This document shows positions 22,712-36,300 of a stretch of DNA of 64,000 nucleotides, piece by piece. The DNA comes from Lytechinus pictus. Its lineage: Eukaryota. The position numbers were made by a program, and so were the translations under genes. Position 1 is the first letter of the stretch, and each line of letters opens with the position of its first letter. The DNA is taken from the NCBI RefSeq assembly GCF_037042905.1, contig NC_087252.1:17052001-17116000 (forward strand), in the 5' to 3' direction. The notes below the pieces were generated by a model. The model ran no database searches and was not told the origin of the DNA. It saw only the letters and a list, made by a program, of their open reading frames with translations.

Positions 22712-24248
22712 TAGATATATGGACTGCTTTGAGAGGCATGGTTGTTTCTAGAGGCTCAAGGGGACCACAACGCGACTATGCCCGAGGGCATGGTCTGGCC
22801 GATGCAGTACCCGCGAGCTGAAAGAAACTACCGTGTCTCGAATACAAAAGCAGTCCATATATATTTTATGAACCGAATTAAACGTTAGATCTAGGGCCTA
22901 GTCTAGATCTAGGTCTACATGTAAATCTTAAACAAGAACTTATGCCTAAAAGCCCTAGGCCCCAGGCTAACGTTAGGCCTAGGCCCCAAGTTAGCCCTGC
23001 CCCTGACGTTAGGTCTCGAAGTCGAATATTAAAGCAGTCCATACTGGTAACGTTAGTCAGGTAGGCCGAACGTTACATATTTGAGGAACCAAATAATTAG
23101 AGTCTGTATAGATCTATTCTAACATTAACAATCTTAGTTAAATCTCCATTAGAGTCTAGATCTAACGTTAGATTTAACCCTCTAGCACCTACAGATTCCT
23201 ATGCATAATGGCAATTACTCACTGGAGGAAACAATAAAACTGGTAATAAGTAGGCATTGTTCCAAACAAATTGAAATATTTTTTTATAAATTTACTTTTG
23301 TTCATTACAAGTTATATTTATTTTGTAGCATAGGACCTGTTGAATAGAATGGTACATGACAAAGTTCAATCAGATGTACGAATATTGACCTTTCACAATC
23401 GTTTGCAGAGCGAGAAGAAAAAAACCAAAAAGTTCGGGTTTCAGCCGCCCCAGTCCCACGTCTTCAAAAAAATGTAAAGTATCACTGACAGAATACTAAA
23501 GTTTTCGCCAAATCTTGGATCAAATATGTCAAAAATTAATTCCAACTCACATCTAGATGTCACTCTGTGTGATATCCAACGTTTTGATGAACATATAGCA
23601 AGGCCCGAGCTTCTTCGGCGAAGTAAGTGGTTTTCCGAGACATGGACGCAGCCATCTTTGCTGAGATTGACTGCGCAACAGTCTGGAACTTGCTACACAC
23701 CGATGCATGTCAATCGGTTTTTCTCTATCATACTCAATAGGAGCATACACTTTTCTATGCAGATCTATGTAGCAGCCAACCTATACGGTATGCACACGCA
23801 ATATTACCACGGTAAATCATAGACAAGAGATACTATAGCGCAAAGAAAACGTACGGACGGTTAAGGGCGGTTCAGTGTGAAATAGGAAGGGCGGTCTCGG
23901 GCGGTTCAGGTGCTAAAGGGTTAAGTTAGACTACGCCAGATCTAAGATTAAACAAAACGTTAGGCCTAGTTAGATCTAGATCTAGAGTCTACTCTTAAAT
24001 TCTAAGCTAGCTAACGTTAGATCTAATCACTGCAGAAAGCAATAGTTTGCATGCAATCAAATGGGGATCTCGGCCAAATTTTGCTATGCCCGTCATTATG
24101 GGGCGGGTCAGGGGGCAACGGGCAGAAATCTTGTTAACTATGCCCGTTGACCTTGGTTACCACCTTAGTTTGTTGTTTTGCAGGCATGGTGGATTACAAT
24201 TTTGACCAATCAGAGGAATGGATTATCCGACATTCTTAAAGAGAGGTT
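22712..24248. mobile_element. Unclassified ~1.5-kb insertion splitting a Harbinger-like MITE (22586-24274)
   Basis: The MITE sequence GTTACTATAATAG...TTTTATGCAAC, contiguous in the copies at 24335-24693, is split here. The insert begins with an inverted repeat TATGGACTGCTTT...AAAGCAGTCCATA and is rich in CTAGATCTAG, TAACGTTA and TAGGCCTA. Confidence 0.55.
23178..23920. mobile_element. piggyBac-like non-autonomous element, 743 bp
   Basis: TTAA|CCCTCTAGCACCT...AGGTGCTAAAGGG|TTAA: 13-bp TIR with 1 mismatch and a TTAA TSD. Confidence 0.88.
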
Positions 24249-24334
24249 TATAATAACTTTTATGCAACTGGGCCCAGGTAGTACTACATACAGGTAACTT
24301 TGCCTATGTCAAATGTTTTAAGAACCACAGATGT

Positions 24335-24693
24335 GGCTCCCATTGCATATAAGGCTACCATTATTTTGCCATCCAATGGCATCTTTCATGGACTCCTTCA
24401 TTCTGATTGGGCATTGTTACCATGGAAGTTACCATTGGATTGCAAAGTTACTATAATAGTAGCTTTTATGCAATGGGTCCCTGTTCGACTTTGAAGAGGT
24501 ATGCCTGTATTTTATTCACATATTCTGGGCCCTGTTGCATAAAAGTTACCACTATGGTAAAATTGGTAACTTTGCCATCCAATGGTAACTACCATGGTAA
24601 CAACGATCGACAGCCAATCAGAATCGAGGATCCCCTGCAAGTTACCATTGCATGGCAAAGTTACAATAATGGTAGCTTTTATGCAACAAGGCC
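24335..24693. mobile_element. Two copies of a ~150-165-bp Harbinger-like MITE (24335-24480, 24528-24693)
   Basis: CTG|GGCCCTGTTGCATAAAAGTTACC...GGTAGCTTTTATGCAACAAGGCC|CTG; central CCAAT/ATTGG. Confidence 0.8.
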
Positions 24694-24954
24694 CTGGTCG
24701 AAGTAGTTGCTTTGACTTTGTCGAATATTTACATTCTGGAATGTTGACTGTATGAAGTTTACCTAGAGATTCTCACCTTGTGTAATGTGCCCCCATCGTA
24801 ACTATGCCCTCGGTCATTCAGGGTTTATGATCATTGTGATCAATACGATTGGAAAGTAGCATTGAAGACTGACACACTGAAGCCTTTCAACATGCACCCA
24901 TCGGACCAAAATTGTTTCAAGTGAACTGTTAATTTTCTTTAAATATTAATATAG

Positions 24955-25731
24955 AGGAAACCAGATTCCAAGGCAAGAATCATTCTCATTGGAAAGAGTA
25001 AAAAGAGAGGTGCAGTTTCAAACAAGTCTCATCAAAATTGGTTATAAAATAAAGAGTTTTATGGAAGTTTTGAAAAGTCTTATCGTATTTCTATGGGGAT
25101 CATGAAATTGGCAAACGTGCTTCAGGATGGTTGATTTTGTGGGCAACTCTCCATTTGTTTTATAAATTAGTACACAAATGTTCATATTTTTCCCTTTACT
25201 CTGCATATTTTTTTAATTATCTTCTCATGGCCTTGGCATGTGTTGTGTGGGTTCCATGACATATGCACCGGCTCGATTGCTCAAATGCAAGTTCCACACA
25301 TCAGTGGAATTACCAACTTCAACCCAGGATTTAACACTATACCCTATCCTAAACCTACATGTAATTTAAAACTCTATTGCAACCCTAACCCTAAATCTTA
25401 GATGAAATAAAGCCCGGAGCAAATGTCTTGTCACCGTTGTGTGAAATATAATTTTCCCATGACATACGGTATAATGTGCTCATCATGCAACTTGAAAGAT
25501 AATGGGGGAAAATCTGAAATTTGTGTAATAAACAAATGGAGAGTTGCCCATGAAATCAGCCATTTTGATGCATGTTTGCCAATTTCAGGATCCCTATAGA
25601 AATACAACAAGTTTTCAAACTTCCATAACTCTATTCTTTTATAAACGATTCTCATGAAACTTGTTTTAAATTGCTTCCCTAATTTCACTCTTTTCAATAA
25701 GATTAATTCTCTCCTTGGGTTTTGGTTTCCT
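24955..25731. mobile_element. Kolobok-like MITE with long imperfect TIRs
   Basis: AGGAAACCAGATTCCAAGG... / ...CCTTGGGTTTTGGTTTCCT|TTAA; arms inverted over ~250 bp. Confidence 0.7.
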
Positions 25732-27844
25732 TTAATGTGATTTTACTCTCATGAGCGCATGTTGAAAATCAAAAGTGTACTTTGTGTTCATTGCTGTTTT
25801 CTGATTAGGCAGTACCAGGCACTCTACATGTATTCAACAATATTTTGTAAATTGAATTTGTTAAAAATGGCTGAAGATGGTTTTAGTGACATGGTACCAG
25901 AGAAGGACTTTATGACAGTAAGATTTTAATGTATGTTACCTTGAGTTTTTTGTGTTTAAATGTTATAATTTGTGTATTTCTGCTTTAATATTACCAAGGA
26001 AGGAGCTGTATTATAATGAAGGGTGGCAGCACTGTAGGACAGGGAAGGGGGGTGCAACCCCAAAACAGGTGGAAGGAAAAGGGAAGAAAAAAGGATGGAA
26101 GAGGAAAGAAAGAAGAGTGGAAGAGGAAAAAAAGAAGAGTTTTAATAGAGGGTCATTTTGTGAAACTATTGTTACCCCTACTGGCCCTAGACTTGAGGGG
26201 AAAAATATGCCCCCCCCCCTACTCCATCTCAAAATGCCTTGATGTTACTCCATATTATCGTTATTATTATCATTATAATTATTATTATGAATGAATCAAT
26301 TCCAGAAATCGTTGTCAAAATTATATGTATTCTATTGTAGCATGTACATTTCAGCCATCTGCCTTGTATAGTAAAACAATATGTGACAAGAACTGTCTTT
26401 CAATTTTGTATTTAAGTGCACTATTTTTCAATGCAAATTTTATATGTTCACTATATTATTCACATAACCGACATGATTAAATATATATGTAAAGGTCAGA
26501 GAACAAGTTTCTACCACTTTCTTCATGTACAATCTATTAAAGTCAAATCTCTTTGGGTTTGAGTTTGAGGCAATTGTTTGAATTGGGAAACTAAGGTGTA
26601 CTAATATGCATAGTCTACTCTACTGTATACTACATGTATATTCAAATAGATGATTCAAAGCAAATCTTCAAAAGTTCAAATTCATAATATGTTGTATGAG
26701 TTCTCTCTTGGATATGTATAACGCATCTTTTTAGATGAAATTAAATGAATCTGAGAAGTTTTGTTGAATCCAATAATAAATGAAGACTTATTAATCACTA
26801 TTTTCATCAACAAGTATTACACAATGTCTGACAGCTGAGTAGAGATCAGCATTGTATCAACCCGTATTTATGGGATTTTTAAAAATCTTAAACTATATTG
26901 AAATCACCTTTTAAACTTTTAAAACTTTTCCCCTCTACAAAATACCATAGTGCCTCAATAATGTGGGTCAGTTATGAAAGTTGGGGGAAGGGGGGGGGGG
27001 GGGGCTGAAAATGTTACATGTACATGTATTAACATTTGATTCTATTGTGCTTGACATAAATCTATTTATTTCTTTTTCATTATAGGATAATTGATTTGAA
27101 CATAATGACTCGTATTCTGAGCATGGATTTAACTTTATAGGCCATGGTCCGGGCTAGAATTATGGAAAGCCATCATTGTTATAATTGTGTTTTCATTGTT
27201 TGCATCTTTCATTCATTATCTTCCTTTTCTGTGTTTTAATGGTGAAATAATTTATTTTAGTTATTATTCCCGGGCAGTTGTAAATAAATTGAGCAACAAA
27301 TTAAACCTAGATTGTTGGGAGATTTTTGTCGCAATTGGCTATCCATAGTCAAAACCACAACTTTAGACCAGAGTTTAATTTAAACATGGCTTCAGAATAC
27401 GGGCCAACGAGATGATTGCTCAGGGGCATGCACAACTCATTTCTGGAAATACATCTGATTTATGATTTCATGTATAAATTCAAAAGTTTAAAGACAAATC
27501 ATGTTCTGAGAGAGGTTTTGCTGTATAGATCTATATTTCATTCAAAATCTTTGATACTATTTATCCGGTATAATACTGGTATTAAACTGGTATTTCCAAA
27601 GCTTTTTTTATGGAATGCCCTATAGTGTTTGTGTTACAAGAAAGCATTGAAAAACATGTATTATGATGTTTCATACACTGTACTTCCAATTTGTAATTAT
27701 TAAATTTGGCACTTCATAGTATAAGGAGATTTGCTGGATGCATTGTTTGAGATTTTTAATGTAATTTGTATCTCTCGGGAATACTGGTCTAATTGTAATA
27801 ATGTGAGTATAAAATGAACTCGTATCAAATAGTTTATTGTCTTA

Positions 27845-28063
27845 GGGGGTGTTGCAAGAAAATATTTGCGATCAATTGCAAATATTCTGTTGCAATTTTA
27901 CAACTGATAGATCAACGTTAGATGTAGCAAATCAGATTAACTTCTTGTTTCAAGGAGCAAATTAGCAATCAATCACTAATTTGCAATTAGCTGTAAGACA
28001 TATAATTGATTTAGGGACCAGAAATAGACTTGCAATTGATGGCAAGTTTCTTGCAACGCCCCA
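27845..28063. mobile_element. PIF/Harbinger-like MITE
   Basis: TTA|GGGGGTGTTGCAAGAAA...TTTCTTGCAACGCCCC(A)|TAA. Confidence 0.75.
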
Positions 28064-28321
28064 TAAGTAGTACTATTTTCAAAAGTTTTTTATTCTAGTT
28101 CTTTTTTTCATATATATATTTATTAATTTAACGGAGGAATCTCGGCCTTCAAGATTTGCATCATGTAAATCTTTCTTGATTTACACCCCTCACCATGGTT
28201 TTATAAACATTGCTCATGTTATCTCAGTTATATTTTTTTGTAGAAATGTGTTAATGAAATGAGCTACCACATTCTGAGGTGATGTGTGTAACTACCCTTT
28301 TTGGAATTGAATTGAACTTAA

Positions 28322-28751
28322 AGCCCCCATCACACTTATTTGGAATCAGCAGGAATCAAGCAGAAGCTGGAAAAAAAAAATATTTAAAAAATCTAGAAAT
28401 TTTTGGGAGGAACTTATGAATTCACCAAACTGGTGTTGAAATTCAGTAAATTGACCAGGTGAATCATCGTACACTAGTCAAAATGAACCGCAATGGAGTC
28501 AGATTGATAATTCGTGCTACATTCTTGGACATTCTAGGCGCATTCTAAATATTCTGACTGCATTCTGAGTGCATTCAAAAGTTTTTTGTCATTTCTTTTG
28601 GCAGTCCCGAAGGTTTTGGTCATGTTCAAAACATTCGAGGGGTATTTTCGAATGGTGTTCGAAGTAGATTTAAATGACCGACTAGTGGTCGAACAATAGT
28701 CCTTTCATTCAGGCCAATTCTGCTTGATTCGGAATAAGTGTGATGGGGGCT
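28322..28751. mobile_element. PIF/Harbinger-like MITE, 430 bp
   Basis: TAA|AGCCCCCATCACACTTATT...AATAAGTGTGATGGGGGCT|TTA. Confidence 0.85.
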
Positions 28752-28759
28752 TTAGTTAA

Positions 28760-28921
28760 TGCCTCAGTCACATTTTGCCTACAGTGGCCGTATGGTGAGT
28801 CGAAAACAACCGTTTTAAAATCTTTTGTACCAGTTACATATAGGGGGTTTGAATAAAAATGAATAAAACAACTGTTTTCGACTCGCCATACGGCTGCCGT
28901 AGGGGCAATGTGACTGAGGTA
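28760..28921. mobile_element. Palindromic Harbinger-like MITE, 162 bp
   Basis: TAA|TGCCTCAGTCACATT...GGCCGTATGG.GAGTCGAAAACA / TGTTTTCGACTCGCCATACGGC...AATGTGACTGAGGTA|TTA. Confidence 0.85.
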
Positions 28922-30076
28922 TTATTCATATTCACTGTTCACAACTGAGTTTACTGCATCAAAACGTACCCTTTTTCCCCAAAACGTTGAGTGTAAGCAA
29001 AGCATATATGTAAAGCCAGAAAATGTATATGATATTAAAGAAAAAAGTACTAATGTTATCTTGTGGTTCTATTGAAAATTATGACTGATAATGTATAATG
29101 TAAAGCAGCCAAAGGTAAAAACTCATTATTAACAAAAACTGTTGTGTCAATTGATGTATGTAGAGAGGACTTCACCTGTCATTTTACTGTGGGGTTTGAT
29201 TTTCGGTGTTATTTCAACTCCTATGCTATGGGTGATATTACAACACCTTTGGATGTTACTTTTACACTCTTTGGTATTATGTTCCATCTCTAAGGTGTAA
29301 TTAATCACCTCATGGTGTGGTCCTCGAGGGACACTAACTGATGTCAGTTTTAACACCCCAATATTTAGTGTGTTGGCTGAAGGTTCCATGTGAAGTGTGA
29401 CTGTTAAAATATTGAGTGTAAAAGTAATGGATGAAGGATAAGTAACTAGAAATGAAATAAAATAAACAAACAGAGAGGGGAAGAGTGAGGGGAAAGAGAG
29501 AGAGGGGGAGGGGTAGTACACAAATACTGAATCAAATATATTAAGCAAATTAATTAGATTATGGATAGGATTATGAAGTTGATGATTATAACTATAATTG
29601 GTGGTTGATGAATTGAGAGTGTACATAAAACATGTAAAAATGAAAATGAAATGCAATATTACTCCTTACATGTACATGTGTCCCACAAAGGTGAATATTT
29701 TATCAATATAATTGTCAAATTGATCGGAGCACTTTGGTATTCATATCTTTTTACAATTTTGTAATTTTATATCACATGTCTCGAGACTGCAACAAATCAT
29801 TCAATATGACAGTTACATCGATTGAAATAATCACAAAGGGCCGTTTATTGATCAACCCTCATTGCTTGTCACAGTGAGGCCCGCGTTTCCAAGTGTTAAA
29901 TTTAACAATGGCCGATTGCAGTAAAGGTCGAACTAAGATTCCTGAATAAATATCTGAAATTATTGTTTTTATATACAAAGACTGTTTCTAGTGTGGTTTC
30001 ATGTGGGTATGATCGTGTGCTAAGGTTGTTTGCAATCAGTTTTTAATTAAATCTCAGACGATCTTCACAACTTTAA

Positions 30077-30603
30077 AGGACAAGTCCACCCCAACAAAAG
30101 GTTGATTTTAATAAAAAGAAGAAAATCCAACAAGCATAACACTGAAAATTTCTTCAATATCGGATGTAAAAATAGGCAAGTTATGACATTTTCAAGTTTC
30201 GCTTAATATTACAAATCAGTTATATTTACATCCTGGTCGGTATGCAAATGGGAGAACTGATGACATCACTATTTCTGTTGTATTTTATAATATGAAATTT
30301 TCAAATTTTCTCCCTGATCTCCTGTGAAACAAAGTTTTATTCCTCCCTGAACATGTGGTATTACCATTGTTTTATCATTTCATGGCTCAGTCAATTTGGC
30401 CCTCATTGTCAAATTTGTAAACATTGAAATATTGTATAATCAAAACAAACAAAAAACTAAATAGTGAGTGAGGGACATCATCAACTATCGCATTTGTATG
30501 TCACTGAGTTGTGCATAGAACTGTTTTGAAAAATAAGCGAAATTTCAGATTGTTTGATTTTTCTCTATTGATTGAAATTCACATTTTTCCCGGGTGTACT
30601 TGT
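30077..30603. mobile_element. Kolobok-like MITE with eroded right end
   Basis: TTAA|AGGACAAGTCCACCCCAAC...; degenerate inverse GGGTGTACTTG near 30592-30602. Similar starts at ~19910 and ~42448. Confidence 0.6.
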
Positions 30604-30831
30604 TACGACCTGGAATGGTGATTCGTAATAACTCTTGTTTCAGGAGCGTAGGACAGTATTAGCTCTACAGACCCGTGTAGCCCGGGAAGGGGGTCGGGCT
30701 TTGATGGAACCCCCCCCCCCTTAATTTACAAACAGCAAGAAAAACGGGAGGGAAAAGATGGGATCGATCTTCCGACTTGAAAACATTGCAATAGGCCCTC
30801 TCTATGGACAACAGTGGTCTCATCCTCTATA

Positions 30832-33163
30832 CAGTGCGTATAAAAAAAACGATACAGTTTTGAGAAGTCTATAAAAAAATTAGTTTCAAATAAAGATATC
30901 TATATTTTGATGTTAATAGATGCTCTGAAATCTTATCTTTGAAATGCAATTTGAAAAAAAAAATTGTCCATGCTTGAGCGAACACGGGACGTTTTTGTCG
31001 GGGGTTCAAAAAGAGGCTTGCGCCAGAATGGCAGAATATGAGTAATATGATGATCAGACTTCTTGCTAATCAGCAGACTTCCTCTTAACCTTTTCATTAG
31101 CTGTGCAATAATTTTCGAATTATGCTGTCAAATTTTATTTACAAATTTATTTATGTACTTGAATTATTTTGTATTTTCATTAAACTTTTTTACCTTTGAA
31201 TTTTCCTTCATAAGTAAGAAAATAAGACTTAATTTTTGTCAACCCAAGCAAGAAGATTTGCATTATTAATTGGGAAAACTTGTAATCATTCAAATCCTTT
31301 TATTATGTGAAACAAATTATGTTATGGTACCCTTAAAAGACATGAATCCATTTTTCAAGGGGTTATTGATTCCTTGACCAAGTTTAATCATATGCTTGAC
31401 ATTACAAACAGGAAGGGATTCATGCATTTCAATGGCAATTGTGTATTGTGTCAATTTTGAAGGAGCTAGATATGGCAGATCGGGTAAAATGTATTAAACA
31501 GTTGTGAGCGAGCGAAGCGAGCACGCAAATATTCTTAATTTTTCATTACAATATCATATCTTGTGATAGATTTTGACATAATATTCAGAAAATAATATTA
31601 TATTTTACTCTTTCCTTTTATTTCCTTTCCACTTGTTTTCTTGGTCATGATCTTTTTGTCTCGCCTGCATAGCAGAGCGAGACTATAGGCGCCGCTTTTC
31701 CGACGGCGACGGCGGCGGCGGCGTCAACATCAAATCTTAACCTAAGGTTAAGTTTTTGAAATGACATCATAACTAAGAAAGTATATGGACCTAGTTCATG
31801 AAACTTGGACATAAGGTTAATCAAGTATTACTGAACATCCTGCTTGAGTTTCAGGTCACATGACTAAGGTCAAATGTCATTTAGGGTCAATGAACTTAGA
31901 CCATGTTGGGAGAATTATTTTCAAAATCTTAACCGAATGTTAAGTTTTTGAAATGACATCATAACTTAGAAAGTATATGGACCTAGTTTATGAAACTTGG
32001 GCATAAGGTTAATCAAGTATTAGGGAACATCCTGCTCGAGTTTCAGGTCACATAATCAAGGTCAAAGGTCATTTAGGGTCAATGAACTTTGGTCAAGTTG
32101 GGGGTATTTGTTGAATTACCTTCATAACTTTGAAAATTTATGGATCTAGTTCATGAAACTTGAACATTAGGTTAATCAAGTACCACTGAATATCCTGTGC
32201 GAGTTTCAGGTCACAAAACCATGGTCAAAGGTCATTTTAGGTCAATGAACTTTGGCCGTGTTGGGGGTATTTGTTGAATTACCATCCTAACTCTGAAGTT
32301 TATGGATCTATTTCATAAAACTTGGGATATACGAGTAATCAAGTATCACTAAACATCCACTGTGAGTTTCAGGTCACAAAACCAAGGTCAAAGGTCAGTT
32401 AAGGTCAATAAACTTAGGCCATGTTGGGGTAATTGTTGAATTGCCATCATAACTTTGAAAGTTTATGGATAGAGTGAATGAAATGTTGACATATGGGTGT
32501 AGTTGACAGTCTTAAGTCACCGTTCAAATGCCATCTATGGTCAATGAACGTGGTATTATGTCATTATATGAATGGATTGTTTGTGAATGATTATTTTATA
32601 GTAGTTTTCAAAGTTAGCACTGCTGCTATATTAAATTGCGTAATGCAGGCGAGACTGCCAGAGGCGTTCCACTTGTTTTTTATTGAAGGGGGGGGGGAGC
32701 ATCCCTGAGCCATAACCTTTGTAGCACACAATGGCAGGATTTGAAGGAAAAAATACACGCTCTTGTTTTTTTTTTGCTTGAAGAAGGAATATTCAAAGCT
32801 AAAGAGAACATATTAAAAAGAAACAACAGAACAATTCAAGCAAATAAATATATTTGAAAATGAATTTTGACCACATAATTTGAAAATTATGGCAAAGATA
32901 ATGAAAAGGTTAAGAGGAAGTCTGCTCATTAGCAAGAAGTCGGATCATCATAGTTATAATTTTATGCAATTTTGGCGCAAGCCTCCTTTTTAACCTCAGA
33001 CAAAAACATTCCGTGTTCGCTCAAGCATGAACAAAACTTTATTTTTAATGGCATTTGAAAGATAGGACTTTGTAGCACCTATTAACACCAAAATATAGAT
33101 ATCATAATTTGAAACAAAAATTTTATAGACTTCAAATCTGTCCCGTTTTTTTTATACGCACTG
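30832..33163. mobile_element. Tc1/mariner-like non-autonomous element with long TIRs and nested insertions
   Basis: TA|CAGTGCGTATAAAAAAAACG...CGTTTTTTTTATACGCACTG|TA; arms ~30832-31090 and ~32910-33163 are inverted. Confidence 0.88.
31653..32680 (+). mobile_element. Helentron-associated / DINE-1-like (HINE) element with internal tandem repeats
   Basis: T-run, subTIR GTCTCGCCTGCA (31658), adjacent inverse GCGAGAC, (CGG)n microsatellite, four 163-192-bp units, inverse subTIR TGCAGGCGAGAC (32644-32655), short GCC-AGA-GGC hairpin, then a T-run. This is the standard DINE-1/HINE layout. Confidence 0.85.
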
Positions 33164-33337
33164 TATTGCACATAGGGGAAAACATATCGCTTCGGTCCAC
33201 TCGTCATCTTCCTTATGAAAGTAAACTAATAGATGTGTAGGGAGAGGAAGGGGGATAGAACGAGGTGGACGGTTGAAATTAGAGATTGGTGAAAATTAGA
33301 GTCCACCCCCCCCCCCCCGGCTCCCCCCCCCCCCCCC

Positions 33338-33382
<45 letters not shown>

Positions 33383-36300
33383 ATTTCAATAAATGTGAGA
33401 ATCAAGCAGTATTACACTGACCCCCAAAAATATTGAAATGCAAGAAGGTAATAAGTTGAGAACATTTTAAAATTGGTTTGCACACATATCAGTGATATAT
33501 TATGCACATCATGGTTGGTATGTCCAATCCCAACCTGATCAAAGTCAGATAGATTGTGAAGAGATGGATGGGGAGAGGAAACGAAACATTACTCAGTCGT
33601 GGCAAAAGATGGCAGTATTAAAGTAACCCCTTCCAGTTGGTGATACGTTTTCGTCGCACGTAACTTGCACAGTATTAAGTTTTCTTTATGTGTTAAACAA
33701 ATTCTAGATCATCCCCTCCCCCCAAAACCCAACTATTAATTTTGATTTGCCCCACCCTCATACATTAGTTTTAGTTTACACAATTTCATCCCATTCCATC
33801 GCCCTGGTAAGCGGGGTTGTTCTGGAGCACCCCAAGGTGTATGTAACTGGATGGTGCTGCGTGTGTTATGCAACACCCCCTGGAATGATAAGTGCAGAAA
33901 AATAACAAAAATGACCTACATTTTGCAGTGATAACCTATTTTTTTTGCCTGTCAAATTCTTCCCGGAGCAGAATTACCTTCATTTTGTTACGATTTTTTA
34001 AATAAATTTTCTTGTCATATGTATCTTGAGACAAAATTGATCGTGACCTTCATTTTGTAGTATAAACGTTTTTGGGGGTCCAATTTAAATCAGCGCCCCC
34101 TGTTAAAATTCGTTCCCAGGGAAATTGATTTACATTTATCTGGCAAATATGTATTTAGCAAAAGCATATTATGATTTTATTCATAGCATGAAACCGTGAA
34201 TTTCATCGTTTTTATTAAATTTCCCGGAATGTTTTCATTACACGAATGCATCTAGGAATCACATTGTTTTCATTTTTTGGAGGTTTCGGAGTCGGCAAAA
34301 GAAGAAAATAATGGTAAAGTGATGTGATGGTATCAGTTATTAAACGGGGTGCAGTCGAAAATGAAAAAAAAAAAGGAGGGCAGGGGAGGGAGAATGGGGT
34401 AGGGGGGTAATGCGAAAAATAGAAGTTTGTAGAGGAGAGGGGGGACAGGGGGGAGAGAGAGAGAAATGAAAAAGAATGCTAGGTACATGTAGGGTTGAAT
34501 TAAACTGTATTGAAAGCCCCGGTTACATCTAGAAAATTGCATACCCGGGCAGACTTGATGATTGCGCCCCCCCCCTTTCCCCACTCCCAAAATAACAACA
34601 ATCATACAAGCAAAGACACAAAGTTTTACGAAGAGAAACGATAAAATGAAAAAGAAAATGAGTAGGAAAATTGGTAAAATGTGAAATTATTATTTTCACT
34701 GGATATTATATCAAAATCTGTTGAAAGATTTAATACATTTTCATACTAAAAAGAAGACAAGAGTACCTTAAATTCAAAATTCTAACCAAAGAGGGGACAT
34801 ATCCCCAACTGGATCACGAAGTCGTGACCCTATTTGTATTATAGTGCACAGAGCAGCAGTTAACAAAAACCCTCAAATCGGATATTTGTCGGATGTTAAT
34901 ACAGCATAAGGGTCAAGGGGTTGTTATCCGGCTATCCGTTGAAAAACAAAATATCAATCCTTTGGTATCATTGTCCGGTAATTCGAAATAAAAATCACAT
35001 TATGAAGAGTCTTTTTTCGTGTGGGAAAAGCTGCTGAATCCATGTATGATGTTTTTCTGAAGTAAACCACAGCTCTTTCCTAATTTTGTCTATAATGTTG
35101 TATAATTATGACGTCAGATTGCGATAAACCTTTTTCAATGAGTTTATTCTTTAAAAAATGATAATAATAAAAAAATCCTGCTAATCCACTTTAAATGAAA
35201 TCGATACCTTTGGGGAGGTCAAATCTATAGTCAGGTGTTAATGAAGTAGATGAAACATAGAGTGAAGAAATTGCAATACAGGTTCCATCAGGAGCATGGG
35301 AACGTTTTTTCCTTTACTTAGGAGGGAGGGGGGGGGGGTGAGAAAAATATTTTTTGGACAGAAAAACTTGAAAGCAAAAGAAAAAAAGGGGGAGGGGGTC
35401 TGCTCCCAAAAGAAGGCAAGTTGGGTAAAATCTCTCTATTGTAGCATACCGATATAATTTTCAGGTGCACTCTCGCAAAAAATAGCTTTCGAGGGCCATA
35501 ATTCCAGTCAAACTGGGTACAAAGTACAAGTAGCCGAACAAGTATTTATCTGCTAAAACATTTTTTATATACAGATGAAATTAGAGGCTTATTGATTCTC
35601 TTTATCATAAATAATGGTCCCAAAAGGTGTTATTTAAGAGTAATTTTATGGCACCTTGTCAGTGAGGAATTGCACACCATTTTTTGTTATTATTGTGTAG
35701 TAAATGTTTATTTATTTAATCAGTTATGTAGTTATTTATTTATTTATGTATGTATGTATTTATTTATTCATTATAATAAACTCATTATACATCAGTTCCA
35801 GATCCAGAGGGGATGAGGGCATGTGGAGAATTTGGGATCCCCCCGTTTGACAGCTATACACATTTTTTTGTATATCGGGCATACGGGGCATTCGGAACTG
35901 AGGCCCTTTCTCTCTGTGCTAATTCGTGTCATTTGATTTTATTTTTCTAATCAATAAATGGCCACCCCTCGAAAATCCTGGATCCGCTCCTTTCTTACTT
36001 CATGTCATTCACGCACGTCGCATCAGTCTGAAAAAGGAGGGCTTTGTAAAAAAAAACAAAAAAAAAACAGGTAGGCCCCATTTCATAGTGAGCTGCCACT
36101 ACGCAGAGTCTTCCTGGAACGAAGATAATCTATTGCCAATAGCCCTTCGATGACAAAGCAGTCTTTGACGCAAATCGTCGAATCAAACCATCAGTCTCGT
36201 CCGTGACTTTGTACAAAGGACATATTTGCAACTTTTTTTCATGAGCTCAGAATTTTACGACGATCAGCTCTCCCGGTTCACTGAATTTCGACAGAGACCT

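Noticed and set aside
29147..29656. Longest ORF in the track (169 aa, -)
   Set aside because: Low-complexity composition, no domain motif and no supporting splice structure.
33306..33378. Poly-C / poly-A run as a retrocopy tail
   Set aside because: No upstream gene body or TSD; it looks like homopolymer expansion in a Kolobok-like start (AGTCCACCCC...AAAGTTTATT).
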